DNA of 64,000 bases from Phoronis australis (GCA_002633005.1 NMRA01000751.1:103666-167665), one strand, 5' to 3'. Shown: positions 26,780 through 41,044, counted from the first letter of the stretch. Numbers and translations: made by a program. Notes: a model not told the origin generated them from the sequence alone.

Positions 26780-27815
26780 GCTGTCACATTTTGTCACTAG
26801 AGGGCACTGTGGTTTTTGGATCAGTTCGATACGTGGCACCATTTGTCGCTGGTTCCACAGAAACCCACCTTTCAAATTTTACAAAGCGCCTTTAAAAGGT
26901 GAAGATAATTCAGCCGCAGACGCATTAAACAAAATCCCCACTAGGGGGCAACACAGTAGTCGGACCCATCCGAAAGTCAATGTCAGTTTTGGCCTTCTTA
27001 TCGGGAATGCATCTGTAAATTTTCACAATGATTCTTTGAGTTATATGGCAGATAGAGAGGCAGATGCCATAAAACAGTCACAAAAATAACAAAAATGGCC
27101 ACGAGGGGGCGTAAAATCCATTGAATTCGTTCTAAAATGAAACAGCATCATTGCCTCTTAATTAAAAACCTATTTGCCAAATTTTTTGAAAATCCATTAA
27201 GGAACTCTGAAGATATGGAGGAAAACGTAAAAAAATAAATTGCCACTAGGGGCACACCAATCGTCGCATTGGTCTGAAACTTGTCATCACCTGTTGTCAG
27301 CTCCAAAGTAACATATCTGCCAAATATCACATGTTCTTGCAAAGGCTTAAGGAGATACAGCCACAGACCGAAAAAATCCCAGAGGCGCCACAGTAGGGAA
27401 ACCCATCCAAAAATCCACATCAGCCGTGGTCTCCTCATTAAGAATGCACCTGCATATTTTCATAATGAGTCTTCAAGCGATTTGGCAGAGAAAATTAGCC
27501 GGTTACGTTGGCGCAGATTCGTCAAAGCCGTTCAAAAATGGAAAAATTACGTTTACTTAGCCATATTTCATGCAAATCCATCCACAAATTCCTAAGATAC
27601 AGAGGAAACCATGAAACAATAAATTTGCCACTAGGGGGCACAGAGGTCGTCGGATCAGTTCAAAAGTCATCGTCATCTGTCGTCAGCTTCAGAGACACGT
27701 CTTCCAAATCTTATTAAAATCCTATGAGGGGTTTAGGAGATACAGCTTCAGACACCCGATGCCCAGACAGAGATGACAGCAATATGCACCCACATAAAAT
27801 GTAGGCGCATAAAGA
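26780..27815 (-). mobile_element. Copy of the same HINE-like family
   Basis: Reverse-complement 5' end (tttatgcgcctacattttatgtgggtgcat) at about 27785-27813 and repeated gccactagggggca units; a more diverged piece lies at about 28610-28970. Confidence 0.7.
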
Positions 27816-28271
27816 TATAGATAGCATGACTAAACAAATTAAGCTTTACTATTGCATAGTGAGTTGCAATGCAGACATCTAAAAAAATTAAGCTGTCTGA
27901 GTGATCCCCGGTACAATAAAATCGTTCCTCATCAACTTGTTCAACTTGACTGAGAAGTGAAGCAGAACCTTTGGCTTTCGAAAATTAGGTCAATCAATAC
28001 GTTTTTTACTAATCTGCATATGAGAGTTGTGAGAATTAACTTGGACACATTTACAAGGCATCCATACATGCAGTGTAGAAGCATGCATCTATATGTGAAA
28101 CAAGTGAGTAAAAAAGTCTTTAGCAGAGTGTAGTGCGAAAGGGTCTAAAAAAGTTTATGTAAGAGAATGCCGAGCGCTGAAATGCACCCACGGATGCACC
28201 ACATCAAGCTAGGATCCCTTTACGAGCATATTACCTGGTAATCAGCAAGTCCAACTAAAAACCGAACTTGC

Positions 28272-28454
28272 CTGATGTGCGTCCAAATCCACAATCATCA
28301 CTTTACTGATGCCCTCTAGCTTCTGGAACATGAACTTGATGGAGAGCGTGATGTCAGCATAGGCACAGAATCCCCCACCCTGATTCGATGAGCAGTGATG
28401 GAAACCACCGCCAATATTCAGTGCCCAGCCACGCTCAACAGCCAGCTTACCAGC
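28272..28454 (-). CDS. HDAC11: HDAC11 exon 5 (catalytic HH and zinc-binding DxH motifs)
   Basis: cttag|AGKLAVERGWALNIGGGFHHCSSNQGGGFCAYADITLSIKFMFQKLEGISKVMIVDLDAHQ|gcaagt; 183 nt; non-canonical GC donor. Confidence 0.95.
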
Positions 28455-29054
28455 CTAAGTACAATAAAAGTAAAGTCAGAATAATAATTAAATAGAAATC
28501 ATAATAATAGTGCTAGTAATAGCAAGAACAACAATACAATTAATAGTAATCACTTATTATGAAGGTGCTTCTCGAACTGCTGGTGTTTTTGCTATTGTCC
28601 AACCCGTCCATCTTTTGTTAAGTCAATAGCAATACATTTGCCAAACTTCCAAAAGATCCGGTCTTAGTAAGGGTGTTTTGGAAATTCAGCCCCAGATATT
28701 AAACATGTCACTTGGGGCACAAGAGAAGTTGAACCCACCTAAAGTTCCATGTCAGTGCGCCCTTGTCAGTAGGAATACACCTGGCAATTTTCATAATGAT
28801 CCTCTTGAGTTGTTTGGCAAATACAGACTTCTCAAGTTTTTTAAAATGACCACTGGGTGGCGCAGAATCACCAAAGCTATCCAAACATGGAAAAGTGTTG
28901 TAGTCTCCTTAATAGAGACCTATTTGCCAGTTTCATAACAATTCATTCAAGAACTTTAAAGGTCCAAGCCATACCTCCCATCAGACAATGTTTCTGAGAA
29001 ATTGCAGACACTTACTGGTAAAACAATGTTAGAAACTTCTGAAAAATGAAAACA

Positions 29055-31692
29055 GGTGGCGTTGTCGTAGTATTGCCACGCTTGAAGTTTGTTTCTCTCT
29101 AATTTTGTGTTTTATGCACTCGTAATCTGGTTCCTGCACTTTAATTGCTATCAAGCCAGAAAGACTTTGTTGCTCTTTGGTGAGTTAAGTCCCGTGCGTG
29201 TGTCTATATTCTGTTAGAGCAAACTTTCACTAGTCGCACTGTAATTACTGAAACAGTCGTCGGACATTTTGATATTCTCGACCTACATCGATTGTGAAGC
29301 TACTGTTACGTAATTGATATCTCACCATGCCTCCCAAGAACACTCCAACCAGTAGTAGGCCACAAACCCGGGGGATCACGTCTTATCTAACTCAACCGGA
29401 CCCCTCTACCCCTGACATTCCTAACAGGGAGCAATTGAAACTTTTGAATGATTAATTTGAGAACTTGAAATCAGATGTATTTAAAGAAGTAGAAGCTCTG
29501 CGACAAGTAACATGAGAGGAAAATCATCGTCTACATGAAAAGGTGAAAAATCTTGAGTCTAAATCGGATGACCTAAAGAATCGATAAAGACGCGACAACT
29601 TGATCTTTCATGGCATACCGCAGGAGAATCACGAATCTGAGTCCAAAGCTACAGACTTTTTGAAGGACTGCTTGGATGTTCGTTGATGGTGTCATAATCG
29701 AACGAGCTCATAGAATTGGCCAAAAAAAAAAAAATTGCAAACAAATCATTGCAAAAATGAAGTCTAAAGATAAACACAAGGTACTACACAATAAGAAGAA
29801 CAACAATAACACTGATGTCTCAGTGATGTCACTCAGGACTTCTCCGCACCTGTGAAGAAGGCGAGGCGCCATGTGTATGAATTCTCACGTGGTAAGAACT
29901 GGGCAAATGCAAAGATTAGGTACGACAAATTAATATACGAAGGTTCTGTTTATGTTTACAATGTCGAATCAGATGAGGTGATGAAGCGCAAGCCAATGGT
30001 TATAGTTTCTGGACAACCCCTTGAAACTGGTGTTAATGAACCTGAAGAGAATGGCGCAGCACGTTACTAGTGGTGAGGCCACGGCCCTACACTTTCAATG
30101 GTTTCTTGGAATGCACAAGGATTAGAAAATGTTATTGTTAGGGACGAAGTTCAAATATACCTAAAAATTACAATATAATTTGTATCTGTGAAACATGGGC
30201 AAAACGCTCAGATCAATTTGAGCTGTCTCGTTTAATCTTTGTTATAAAATGTAAAAAGAAAAGGTAGATACTCTGGAGGTGTTAGTATTTTCATTAAACA
30301 ATCAATTTCTAAATATTTCAAGAGCATAGTACATTCACAGTTTCCCTTTGGTATCTGTTTGAAATGCGATAAGGAACTATTTGGTATTGTTCAGGGTGTT
30401 TTGATGTTTTTTTGTTTATTTACCCCTGAGAGTTCAAGTTCGTATGTTAATGGCACAGGTGCACCAGAGAACAGCGGTATATTATTGTTGCATAGAGAGA
30501 TTAAAAACTATACTGATCGTTTCAAAGATTGTTCGTTGGCTAATGTGGGCGACCTAAATGCCAGAACAGCGAATCTGATAGACTTCATTTTAGATGACAG
30601 CCCAAAATATTTGCCATGACAGGACTGGTATGAAGTGTAGACTTTTAGTTTGCCTAAGAATTCTAAGGACGAAGTTGTAAACAATATTGGTAAAACTCTC
30701 ATTGAGTTATGTCACGAACTTTGTATTCTTATTGTCAACGGTCGTTTCCCTGGTGATATGCAAATATTTGATATAGTAGAAGATTTTGTTGTGGATGAAT
30801 GGGATGACTCTGATCAACTACCAGGTATTTGTAAGTTTAGGTGTTGTTGGTCAGAGATCAACCCTCCTATGGTTCCATTGTTACACCCGCATAGCCCGAT
30901 TCAGTGGGAAAGTTCTAATGCACAGGCATTCTCTCGGGTTTTTTCAACAGGCGCTGAGAATTGTGCGGTGGCTGTGGATAGCTCGGTGGCTAGTGGCAAT
31001 CAAGATAATGCGGTCAGATCCATTACAGATTTGCTGTGGCAGTCAGCCATATCAACCATGGAAACTCGTACGTCTACTTATAGTTAGACTGAAGTAAATC
31101 AGAACTCGTCCACCCTGGTGGGATGATGAATTGGCTTCGGCCAAACGAGCAAAAATATGGTCTTTAAAACTGCTTCTTAAAAACTCTTCTGTTTTTTTAC
31201 CTTAACGAGTATGAAGTAAAAAAGAAGGCTTTCTGTGATCTGTTTAAACAGAAAGAGAAAGCATATCAAGCCATTAAACGTTCCAAAAATAACCCTAAGG
31301 AGTTCTGACAAATAATTAAATCCAGTATTCGGACATCCCGTATGTCTTCTACAATTAATCCGCAGAAATTGAACAACTATTTCAAGGATTTATTGAACCA
31401 AAACTGCTAATGTAATTCGGGATGAGTAGAGGACAAATACCACGTTGTGTTTAGTTTGCAGTGCGTACCAAGACCTTCGGGTTAAGTACTTATTAAGTGA
31501 TCGTTTTTGTCATTCTCCCACGAAATCTAAATTTGAATCTCTCATGAGAACTCCGGATATCCTACTTCTAAAATTCGTCCACCATGCTCTCAATTTATTA
31601 TCTAGTTTGTAACGCACCTGACAATGTTCTGTCTTGTACATGTTATGCTGTGGACCTATGGCCATATGTATGTATATATATACTTCAATAAA
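29055..31692 (+). mobile_element. Non-LTR retrotransposon (LINE), decayed and internally deleted
   Basis: ORF1 remnants (RRDNLIFHGIP, IERAHRIG, QDFS, AKIRYDKL), APE endonuclease remnants (VSWNAQGL, CICETW, GDLNART, IVNGRFPGD), C-terminal EDKYHVV piece, AATAAA tail; 13-bp direct repeat aaaaatgaaaaca at 29042-29054 and 31693-31705. Confidence 0.85.
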
Positions 31693-31866
31693 AAAAATGA
31701 AAACAATAACAATTTTGGAAATTATTTTTGTCCCATGTTGGTGAGATTGTACCACAAATCGAGCAAACTACGATAACACTTTTGCAAAAGATTATGAAGT
31801 GTAACGTGTGCCCACAAAATCACATGACCGACAACATGGACTCAAGAAAAATTAAAAATCACTCAC

Positions 31867-31983
31867 CAATATAGTGCCACCAGTGTGGAAGCGAAACGGA
31901 CGCAGAACTTTGCGCTGCACAACACAATTAGGTAAGAGGGCCACGGGTGGAACTTCAGTTATTCCTGCTACGTTGAAACTCCA
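31867..31983 (-). CDS. HDAC11: HDAC11 exon 4
   Basis: ttgcag|...|gtgagt; 117 nt, WSFNVAGITEVPPVALLPNCVVQRKVLRPFRFHTGGTIL. Confidence 0.95.
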
Positions 31984-34900
31984 CTGCAAGATACGAAGGT
32001 TGAGAATAGCTGGAACCTAAACGACACTTATTCAATCTTCGCAATGTTCTCTTAGTGTGCATTATACATGTGATAGTGACCACTGACGAAATTAGTAATT
32101 AATGATTTCAGATCATTACCAAAACAATTAAACAACTTAATGTAATTTAGCCAAATTGTATAACTCAGACAGGGAGCTCTCAAGTGCCAAAGAGCCACTC
32201 AAACTAGGAGTCACTACACATTTGATGTGCTATTGCTTTTAAGGCCAAAAAACATATTTGGTTCCGGATTGTGCCCAACCAATGTTTGAAAAAGCAAAAA
32301 AGAAAGAATGAGGTGTAAACCCACATCATGTTTTTCCACAAATTACCATAAATCAGTGACGTAGGGAGGTGTTATTTTAATGGGGGCACAAATTGACCCC
32401 CTGGTCAACACCAGCACAACAAATCATATCAAATCACTGCACCAGTAAAGATACCCTGGTTGATACCAGCATAGCCAATTACATCAAATCAAAAATCACT
32501 GCATCACTGAAGTTGACTTGAAATGAGCATTGTCACACTATTTAAGTTGATATTAGGTGACATTTTTTGAAAAGATAAATAACTAATAAATCACATCGAT
32601 TTTCAAAACAAACACAGAACTGAACCAAACAATTATGTTTTTGGCCTAACATAATTTTGTGACATTCCTAAATTTGAGATTCCAAAAAGAAAATGTGGCT
32701 ACAATTAATGTCATTTGCCTCTGAACTGAAACTCTTTACACTGTGAGCAATCACATTTTATTTAAATACAATTGATGATGAAACCTGTCAAAACCACAGA
32801 CTAGAGTGAACTACCCTAATTTGAAGGCTGACTAATCACTTGGTCTTTAATTGAATTCCCATTAAGCAATAGCTTTAAGAAGCTGATGTTCAATCACACT
32901 TAACAATATTTAGAGCAAAATACTTCCCAATGACACGAACAGATGTGCTTCAAAACAACTACATTGTCCATCACGCCTGTATGTCATTTCAATAAATTAG
33001 TCAAAAACTCGTATGGTGACACATTGGGTAACATTTCATGTAAACACGTAAACCAACCACCATGGCAAGCGGCCATTTATACAGGTCTACAAGGACAGCG
33101 CTTGCATTTAGTCATGACAAAATTCAGGCCACAATCACATAAATTTGAAGTTCAATCACTAATTTCACATTCAAATTTTAAGTGACAAACAGGCGAGATG
33201 TCAGATTGAATGGGTGTTAGAAGAAAAGTCGTAGGAAGAACAGTTTACCTGACTAAATCCAGAAATAAGTGTCGACAGCTATCCACACATAAAAAGGTGA
33301 TAAAACAAAACAGAATTTATGTAAGTAACATTTTCTTAATACACAATACTACATATACGCTAAAGCTTTTGTCTAGTGCTCTCATTTATCCCGAAACATT
33401 GCTACAGAACTGAGCAGGGAGGACGTAGCTGTCAACGTTTGTGATCATCACGTTTCTCCACTTGAATAAATTAACTTTATTCTATATGCAGAGTTAAGCT
33501 TGGTATATATCTACAAAGTTGGGGTTAGGGATTGAGGATTTCCATTCATAGCCTTGAGTACGTTATGTGATCCAAAATCCCATAGCTGTCTGAATTTTAC
33601 TTCATGAAATTATTTCCGAATGGGCCCACTTGAAAACCAGTTATTCACTTAATAGTGGTCACCCAGTCTTTTAAAGAAGTTTAAATAAATAAATAAATTA
33701 AGGAAGAAGTGCAATGAATGTATATCGCATGAGACATGATCACAGAAGTGGTCCTGGACCATCTTTTTTTGTTTTCATTTTTTTCCATCACTCTTCTGCT
33801 TTCAAATTCCGATACATTTTTGCATATATGCATTCAATTGTTCATTATCAACTATTAAAAGATAGACTTTCTGAATCCTCCTTTTAAAAATAACAAAGTG
33901 GCATCTGTAATATGTAGAAATATTGCGCAACAACAAATTTGAACAAATTCTATTCTTATGTGAATGGCAATGAAAGAAAAGAAGACACTATGCTAAGTTT
34001 GAGCATAACAGAACAACAAACCCAATTTGTTCACATGACATTTCAATGTCCAAATTACTACGGGTATTTCATACAGGATTCAGAAATATAAGCATATGTT
34101 GGGGTTGGTCATGAATGGCTATTTGGTGAAATTTAAGTGATGTTCACAAAGGTTGACACCCATTTCAAGATTTAGCATGGGTAAATGTCAGTTAAACAAC
34201 TAATATACCACAAAAACGGGAAAGTGTAGGGTAAGCCTCTCGGTATTTAACTATATCAGAACAACATGGGAAATCAGAATTGAGATAGCACTCAGTTTTT
34301 TTGAAGAACACTACAATGAACTTAACAATTAAGCTGTTGGGTTCAGTTGGGTGAATGTTCTCATGCTTGAGTAAAAAGACCAACATATCTACCCATGCAC
34401 GAAAATAGAAGAAACTAGTTTACAGTCATCATTTCAAAATACATTTCCTTCCATTTACGGTATGGTAATTTGCCCAAAAATAAAAAAATCAAACTATTAA
34501 AAATCCGACTTAAGAGAAGGACATTTTTTATTGTAAAAGCATTTACTTACACAAATTTCCAAACTTTTCACTTGTAAATGTCTATTTTTTATATATTAGC
34601 ACACCCAAGGATATTGCTTTTTGCATAGATTACATCCACGTTCTCATTCTCATTCCCCGAGTTCAGAGGAGTACGAGACACAGGTTATGCCATGCCTAAA
34701 TATCTGCCAGAATAGCCAGGATTTGAACACGAGTCTCACAAATAAAAGATTGGAGCACAAATTACAGTGAGTAAGCTATACTATCTTACACTAAGCATGC
34801 AACGGTATGTCAATTCACAGGCGTGCAGGTGCTTCAAATGGAATCAAAACCAATACAAATCTTGATCAAGTTCCTTCATAAAGGTTCATAGAAACTCATT

Positions 34901-35427
34901 CCTTCACTTCATTTGTTTCAAGCAGGCTTTAGGAATAAGTGACAATTCATATCAATGATAAAAATTCTCTAATTTGTGACAGTCTATAGAAAACAAGTCT
35001 CTGTTATATGATATTTAAGCGCAACCTAAGCCCACTGATATTAAATATTTCAGCATTCCTTATATGGGTTATTATGCTGAAGTGGCATCGAGGAAACTCA
35101 CAATTTTGTCTTTGAGGTACTGCTAGGAACCAGTAAGAGGTTCCTAGGGTACTGTAAGTCATTTATTATCCAGCGTGTTTTTCATTTATTTAAAATAAGC
35201 AATGTGTTGACTATCAAAGGTGTCACACTGAGTGCTCTGAGATCTAATGTAGCTATGAATTCACATGTGGTCTCTGTACACTGACATATGTGGCCAAAAC
35301 GAATGGTCACTTAACCAAATGGATCCGAGAGCACCTGGACACTGACATGAATTCCCACATATATTGTAATGTTAAGGGCAATGATGCCTGCAGCTTAGCA
35401 TCCGGGGAGCCCTGGTGTGACATTATT

Positions 35428-35732
35428 CAAGGTACCTAAACTACACTGTCAACGGATTCATAAACACGGGCACGGACTCACAAAACACGATCCACGCACC
35501 CAAATACACGGGACACGGACTCATATTCACGAGGAAACACGGTTAACGGATAAAATGGAGATGTCAGCTGACCCAGGAAGCCGATGAGTCCGTGACCCGT
35601 GTTTGGCGGTCCGTTAACCGTGTTTCCTCGTGAACATGAGTCCGTGTCCCGTGTATTTGGGTGCGTGGATCGTGTTTTGTGAGTCCGTGCCCGTGTTAAT
35701 GAGTCCGTGGACCGTGTAGTTTAGGTACCTTG
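35428..35732. mobile_element. Palindromic MITE
   Basis: Inverted arms of about 120 bp starting CAAGGTACCTAAACTACAC, built from acacgg/acacga repeats; flanked by direct repeat attatt. Confidence 0.85.
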
Positions 35733-36680
35733 ATTATTGACAGCGATTCTAATTGTTACCATGTTAAGGTATATGAGGCAATTCAGATTACTTACAAACA
35801 ACCACCATTAAATGTACAGATAAACCACGAATCCTTGTCTCTTCTCTTTTGATTCCTTCTTGCGTCTGATTCCGTATTTAGTATTGTATAGGTTTAACTG
35901 GCTACTGTGTCATTCCTGCTTTTGTTGTAACTTTGTACAGTACCGATTTTCTTTGTACCCAGCTTTGAGCTAGTTATTTTGAGAATAAGGTCTGAAGGTT
36001 CCCATGAAAATGCAATGATTAAAAAGTGATGTTATTTTTATTAAAGTAAGATATTTGGCTAAGACTAGTATAGTCAATAAGCTGCTACATAACTTTAAAG
36101 CATAGTTGTCAACTGATGATTGTCTTGCGAGGCAAAAACAAAATTTTGCCTCACTCTTTCACAGCTGCAACACCTGAGAAATGAATCTTGAATTAAGCTG
36201 TACGGGTGTATATCTTTTTGCAGAGAGCAGCTTCAAGATGTTGGTAACTCATACAGTAACTACACACGATACAGCTAATGCAGGATTTCTATAAAAAGAT
36301 GGGGAAAAAGTAAACAAGAACAAGGGAACAAGCTTAAGCACTAGCAAGTCAACAGTTTGCCTACATATGGTGATATTTCATTTGTTTACCACAGGCAAGA
36401 CTGGAAACATGGAATTTTCATAACAAGAAGAAACATAAATACATGTTAAACATAGACGTTGATCTAGTGCTTTTAACGGCAATCTGGAGACCTGTGGTTT
36501 GATTCCCAGTTGGGGTTTCCGATTTTTCTGTGTGTATTTGATATATTTCACAATTGGCCAACATCAGCGTCTATGTTTACTACATCTAATGAAAACATTC
36601 TCAGGTAAATTCCTGGTTATACAATTGTCAAAATCTGTGAAAAAGGCGAAATGCCGCTCATGGGAAGGATGACACAACAA

Positions 36681-36775
36681 TTGGCTGAAAACGGTAAGAG
36701 CACTAGACCAGCAATCGGGAGACCTGTGGTTCAATTCCCAGTTGGTGTTCTTGATTTTTCTGTGTTTATTTGATA
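36681..36775 (+). mobile_element. tRNA-derived SINE-like repeat
   Basis: A-box-like tggctgaaaacgg and B-box-like ggttcaattcc followed by a shared tail gatttttctgtgtttatttgata; further copies at about 36455-36545 (+), 15742-15812 (-) and 16662-16732 (-). Confidence 0.65.
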
Positions 36776-38443
36776 AAAATATGTTCATTGATAGTATGCC
36801 TTACTCTCGTAAAGAATTGGTAGCAGATAAACCCCATTTTGGACACCCTATTTTCGAAATCCTGGATAAAGCCCTGCCTTGTGAGCAGGTTGGATTCTAT
36901 TCCAGTGGTAGAGAACCATTTTCAATATGGAATTTTAGTCCGTTTATCACGATCCAGGCCTCTTTAACAAGTTTGTTTCTAAAAAATCCAACACACAAAC
37001 CTCCCAATTAGAATTACATCTAATAGAAAACACCCAATTGCCTGAATATGTTTGAATTAATGCAAATTTAATGCAAATTTAATGCATGTCAAAATCTAAA
37101 TTTGCCTGCACAACAACAACAATTTTAACATGATTGTACACATATCATTTGTCATGCAAACTAGTATTTTTAAGCAAGCATACACATTAGTTGCAGACGG
37201 TTCTTGAAATTCATTTGATATCCATGCAAAATAGTTAGATTCAGTTACACAAAATATGTAAAGTTACAACAATAATAATGTAAATGCGGTAAAATGTCAC
37301 CAATTTTGGACAAAAATAACCACCTAAATTGACCTCTCTTCCTTTTTGAACTTTGTTGGGAATACCATGTTGTGTTCCTTATTATTTGATGGCAGATATC
37401 TAATAGCACCTTAAATGATAAACTGTTATTTTGGTGCTAGTCATCATATATGAACAAATGAAAAAATCATATTTCACTAGTTCGCCAAATTGTGACCTAA
37501 ACTGATGAGATTTTACCGTAATCTGCTTAGTGTGATATAATTCAGGGAAGTGCCACTTTAAAACACATTTCATGCAATATAATGCAATCGAGGGTTTCAA
37601 CACAGCAAGCAACAAATTTTGCACCAACAATGGTGTCAAATTAAATGAATGCAGACAAAATGTTGATTACTTTTAAAAAATCAATGTTTTTGAAAGTGAT
37701 TTGGTCTATTGATGAACCCATTTAACTCATTTGCCTCTGCAATTAGCAATTATTTTAACAACTCAAGTAATAAATTTACATTACATGACACTCTAAGAAG
37801 GTGATAAAAACATCACTCCTTAAAGAAACACTACGTTTGTGAAACTATTGTTATATTACGCATCCATTCAAAAAGGAGTTTGAAAATTATAATCAAAATG
37901 AATGGCTTTCCTTAAATAAGCATCTATTGTAAATGAATGCCCTCAAAATTATTTAAGTACATGTACAAATTGAAAGGCATTGATTACTTTTCAATTGTTC
38001 TTTTCCTGTGTTCAAACAAGCCTTAAGACCAAAAATAACTGCAAACATTGAAGCTGAAATGAGAAACTTGAAATTACTCAGAGATGCAATTGAAACAACA
38101 GACATTTGTATATCAAACACATGCCTTCAAGTAGTAATATTGGATTTTTTCATAAAAATGTCCATTCGCACGAGAACATCTTGTTGTTCTTCCCATATTT
38201 GTAACATTATGAAAAATTAGCCTTTTTTAATTAGCAACACTGAGTAAATCGAGTTTCCCATAAAGTAACAGCTTGTCTGCAATGGCTAACTGGATCTTCA
38301 TTGACAAAGGGGCGCATTTATTGTACATCCTTTCTCCCCTCCATGTACAGGCCGGTAGACCAAAAGGGCATTAACAATGCTATTATGTCAACAATGCAGA
38401 TGAAGACAAGATACCTCAGTGATCTGAGAAGTTGCATGCGTAC

Positions 38444-38544
38444 CTTTAGACTTTTCAAGTACGACTCTGTATGAACTGCAAGAAGGTCATTCTCTGTAGC
38501 TTCATCTGGCCGGACTATGTTACTGTCCGTGATCAGACCTGCAT
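38444..38544 (-). CDS. HDAC11: HDAC11 exon 3
   Basis: atcag|...|gtacgc; 101 nt, AGLITDSNIVRPDEATENDLLAVHTESYLKSLK. Confidence 0.93.
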
Positions 38545-39475
38545 CTGATAACAGAAATGTGACAAGTTGTAAAGCCTCAGAGTGAGCCATATGCACTGTA
38601 CGAGTCAAAATGAAATGACTAGTGGATTCATAACAACCATGAAGGCTCCAGTAATTTGGCTGAGGTCTGAGTTGTCTTCATCCAAATCCATTTCGTAAAT
38701 TAAACTAAAAGTACACCAGGGAGCACATAATGTCCACAATCTTCATAAAGACTCAAATTTTTCATTGATAAGATGGTAACTTACGGCTGTGTAGTGACTA
38801 TTAGTTTTCGGGCAACTTCAAGCAGTGAAAAACAGACTTGAGCTTTGACCAAAAACCAGTCTGAGCTACAGATACATAGCTCTATAATGTGCATTCACTG
38901 AGGAACCATCTTCCCAGTTTGTTAGAGTCCTGGGATGTGTTACGTAGACGCAAGACATTCATGTGCAAAGCTAATGTGATCGCGCCCTTTGCTTGAAACA
39001 CATGGCAATATCTCGGAAAGACTTGCGTAATATCACTTTTTGCCAATGTCTTGAGCAGGGATATTCCTGATGAGGTTTGAACCTGTACCCTTTGGGCGCA
39101 CCTGATGATAAAAAGTGTGCCTTTCTTCAAAAAGTTGTACCCAGCAGACTTAGTGTGGTAACATACGAAATAGAAACCCAAGGGCAATCGAAGTAGGAAC
39201 AGAGTCATGTTCATGTAAAAGATGCATTTTTATTTAAAAATTCCACACAAAAAGGCTGTCAATAAATATTGATTAAGTAATTAGTAAGAATAGATCCATT
39301 TTAAGTTGCCCAAAATTTGTGCATTATGTACTTTTAAATCAATGATTTTTGCAGCCTGAGAGATGTGCGACGTAGTGGGTAAATATTGAATATGGGGTGA
39401 TTGTGCCATAATTCTTGACAAGCCTATTCCTCTAGAGACTTAATTTTCTAATCTGTTCCTATTTTTTATTAGACA

Positions 39476-40700
39476 TTATTACCTGGCGAAAAAAATTTTG
39501 CCAAGTATGTTGCTCTTCCACTAAGTTTTTTTTTGTTTGTTCGCACGATACAGGTCGCAATTTTCGTCCGATCATCACGAAATTTACACATAACACGTAC
39601 TTCCGGAAGTACTGGAAGCCTATTGTTTTTCGTCAAAATCGGATCCAAGATGGCGGCTGTGGCGGCCATTTTGTTTTCATTTCAAGGTTCAAATGCTTCT
39701 GGAGGCTACAACTTTTTACGTAAAAGGCTAAGAATCGGCACAGTAAATGCACCGGAAGTTTTCTACAGTTATACCGGAAATTGTTTACTTCCGAATACAG
39801 ATGGCGGAAATTTCGGCGATCGCGCATGCGCACCTCGATTTTGGCCTAAAAACTTTTTCTCCTGTAGAGGGCGCATTATCCGACCAATTCCTTCGAATTT
39901 TTACAGGTATTAGTTTCTTATAACCTGCTGTTATACAAAGCCAAAAAACCGGAAGTTGCTTTCAAGATGGCGGATCTGGCGCATGTTGACCCATTTTCAG
40001 TTGTGCTAGAGTGTGATTTTAAACGGGAAGAGAAAAAGACGTGATTTTTTGCATGTGGATTCTTTGAAGTATAATCTTTCAAATGGCCAGTAACAATTTT
40101 TTTCTTAGACTTACCGTTTTTGAGTTATTTGACTTTGAATTTTTAAAAAAGAACGCAAAATTTCATTTTTTTCAAAAAATTCACGGAATTAGGCGATACC
40201 ATCAGTTTAGATAGAATTTTGAACGGGCTTTCAGAAGATGTTTTCCATTTTTCGCTAGGACGTCTACTTTTCGAGTTATTTGAGATTTTCTGATAACGCT
40301 GTTCCTTTGTTGAGCGCTCTTGCTGCATTGATGTTGGTTTATCTTCTAATGAACTAGACTGTAGCCTATTTCTTATTGATTTATGACATTTAAGTTCGTC
40401 ATATGAATGTTGTGATGTTGTTCATCATCGCCACCACCATCATCATATTCGTCATCATCGTCATCATTTTCATCATCATCCCCGTCGTCTTTTCCGTTAA
40501 TTTCGCCAAGTGTCGCTCAAGACTGTAGCCTTTTTCTTACTGATTTCGGACTTCTACGTTCGTCATGTGTATGTTATTATTACTTCTTTTGTTCATTCTC
40601 GCCACCATCGTTGTCATATTCGTCATCTTCGTCATCATCTTTATCATCATCTTTTTGGTTAATTTCGCCAAGGTTCGCTCCTCGGAGCGCTTTCATTTAA
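39476..40700 (+). mobile_element. Second HINE-like non-autonomous element family
   Basis: 5' hairpin cctggcgaaaaaaattttgccaag; 3' inverted copy ttcgccaagg followed by hairpin cgctcctcggagcg; internal CAT/CGT-rich repeats (40390-40660) and repeated caagatggcgg motifs. Confidence 0.55.
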
Positions 40701-41044
40701 TTTTTTCTTTCCTAAAGCAACATGTAGTCTCAAAATCTTTTGTTCATAAAAAAAGTAAACGTAACTGGCACGCCTTTTTATCACAATATCGTCACCAAAA
40801 TCTTATTCGGCTGGTGGAATTCTGCCTGGCTTCTTTAGACACTCTGTATTATTTTCAATTGAACACAGTCATTTAGATGGAAGTATTATCAAGTCTTAAA
40901 TTAAAATTCTGCCACATTTAATCCTTGAATACACAGTCATGTTCTGTTGTGAGTTTGGTTGTATTAACAAAGGTGTAGTGATTGCATTCGCTTTAAAAAG
41001 CAACACGTATCTAAGCCAGACCTAATCGAATAGGAATATCTCAC

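Noticed and set aside
36681-36760. Functional tRNA genes (also at about 15780, 47180, 56150 and 63710)
   Set aside because: Only A/B-box-like pieces are present; I could not fold a full cloverleaf, and several share a non-tRNA tail, which fits SINEs.
38882-39214. 110-aa intronic ORF on the HDAC11 strand as an extra exon
   Set aside because: HDAC11 exons 2 and 3 join in frame without it and no homology was recognised.
40565-40876. Hydrophobic 103-aa ORF as a membrane or secreted protein
   Set aside because: It arises from the CAT/CGT-rich low-complexity tract inside a repeat element.
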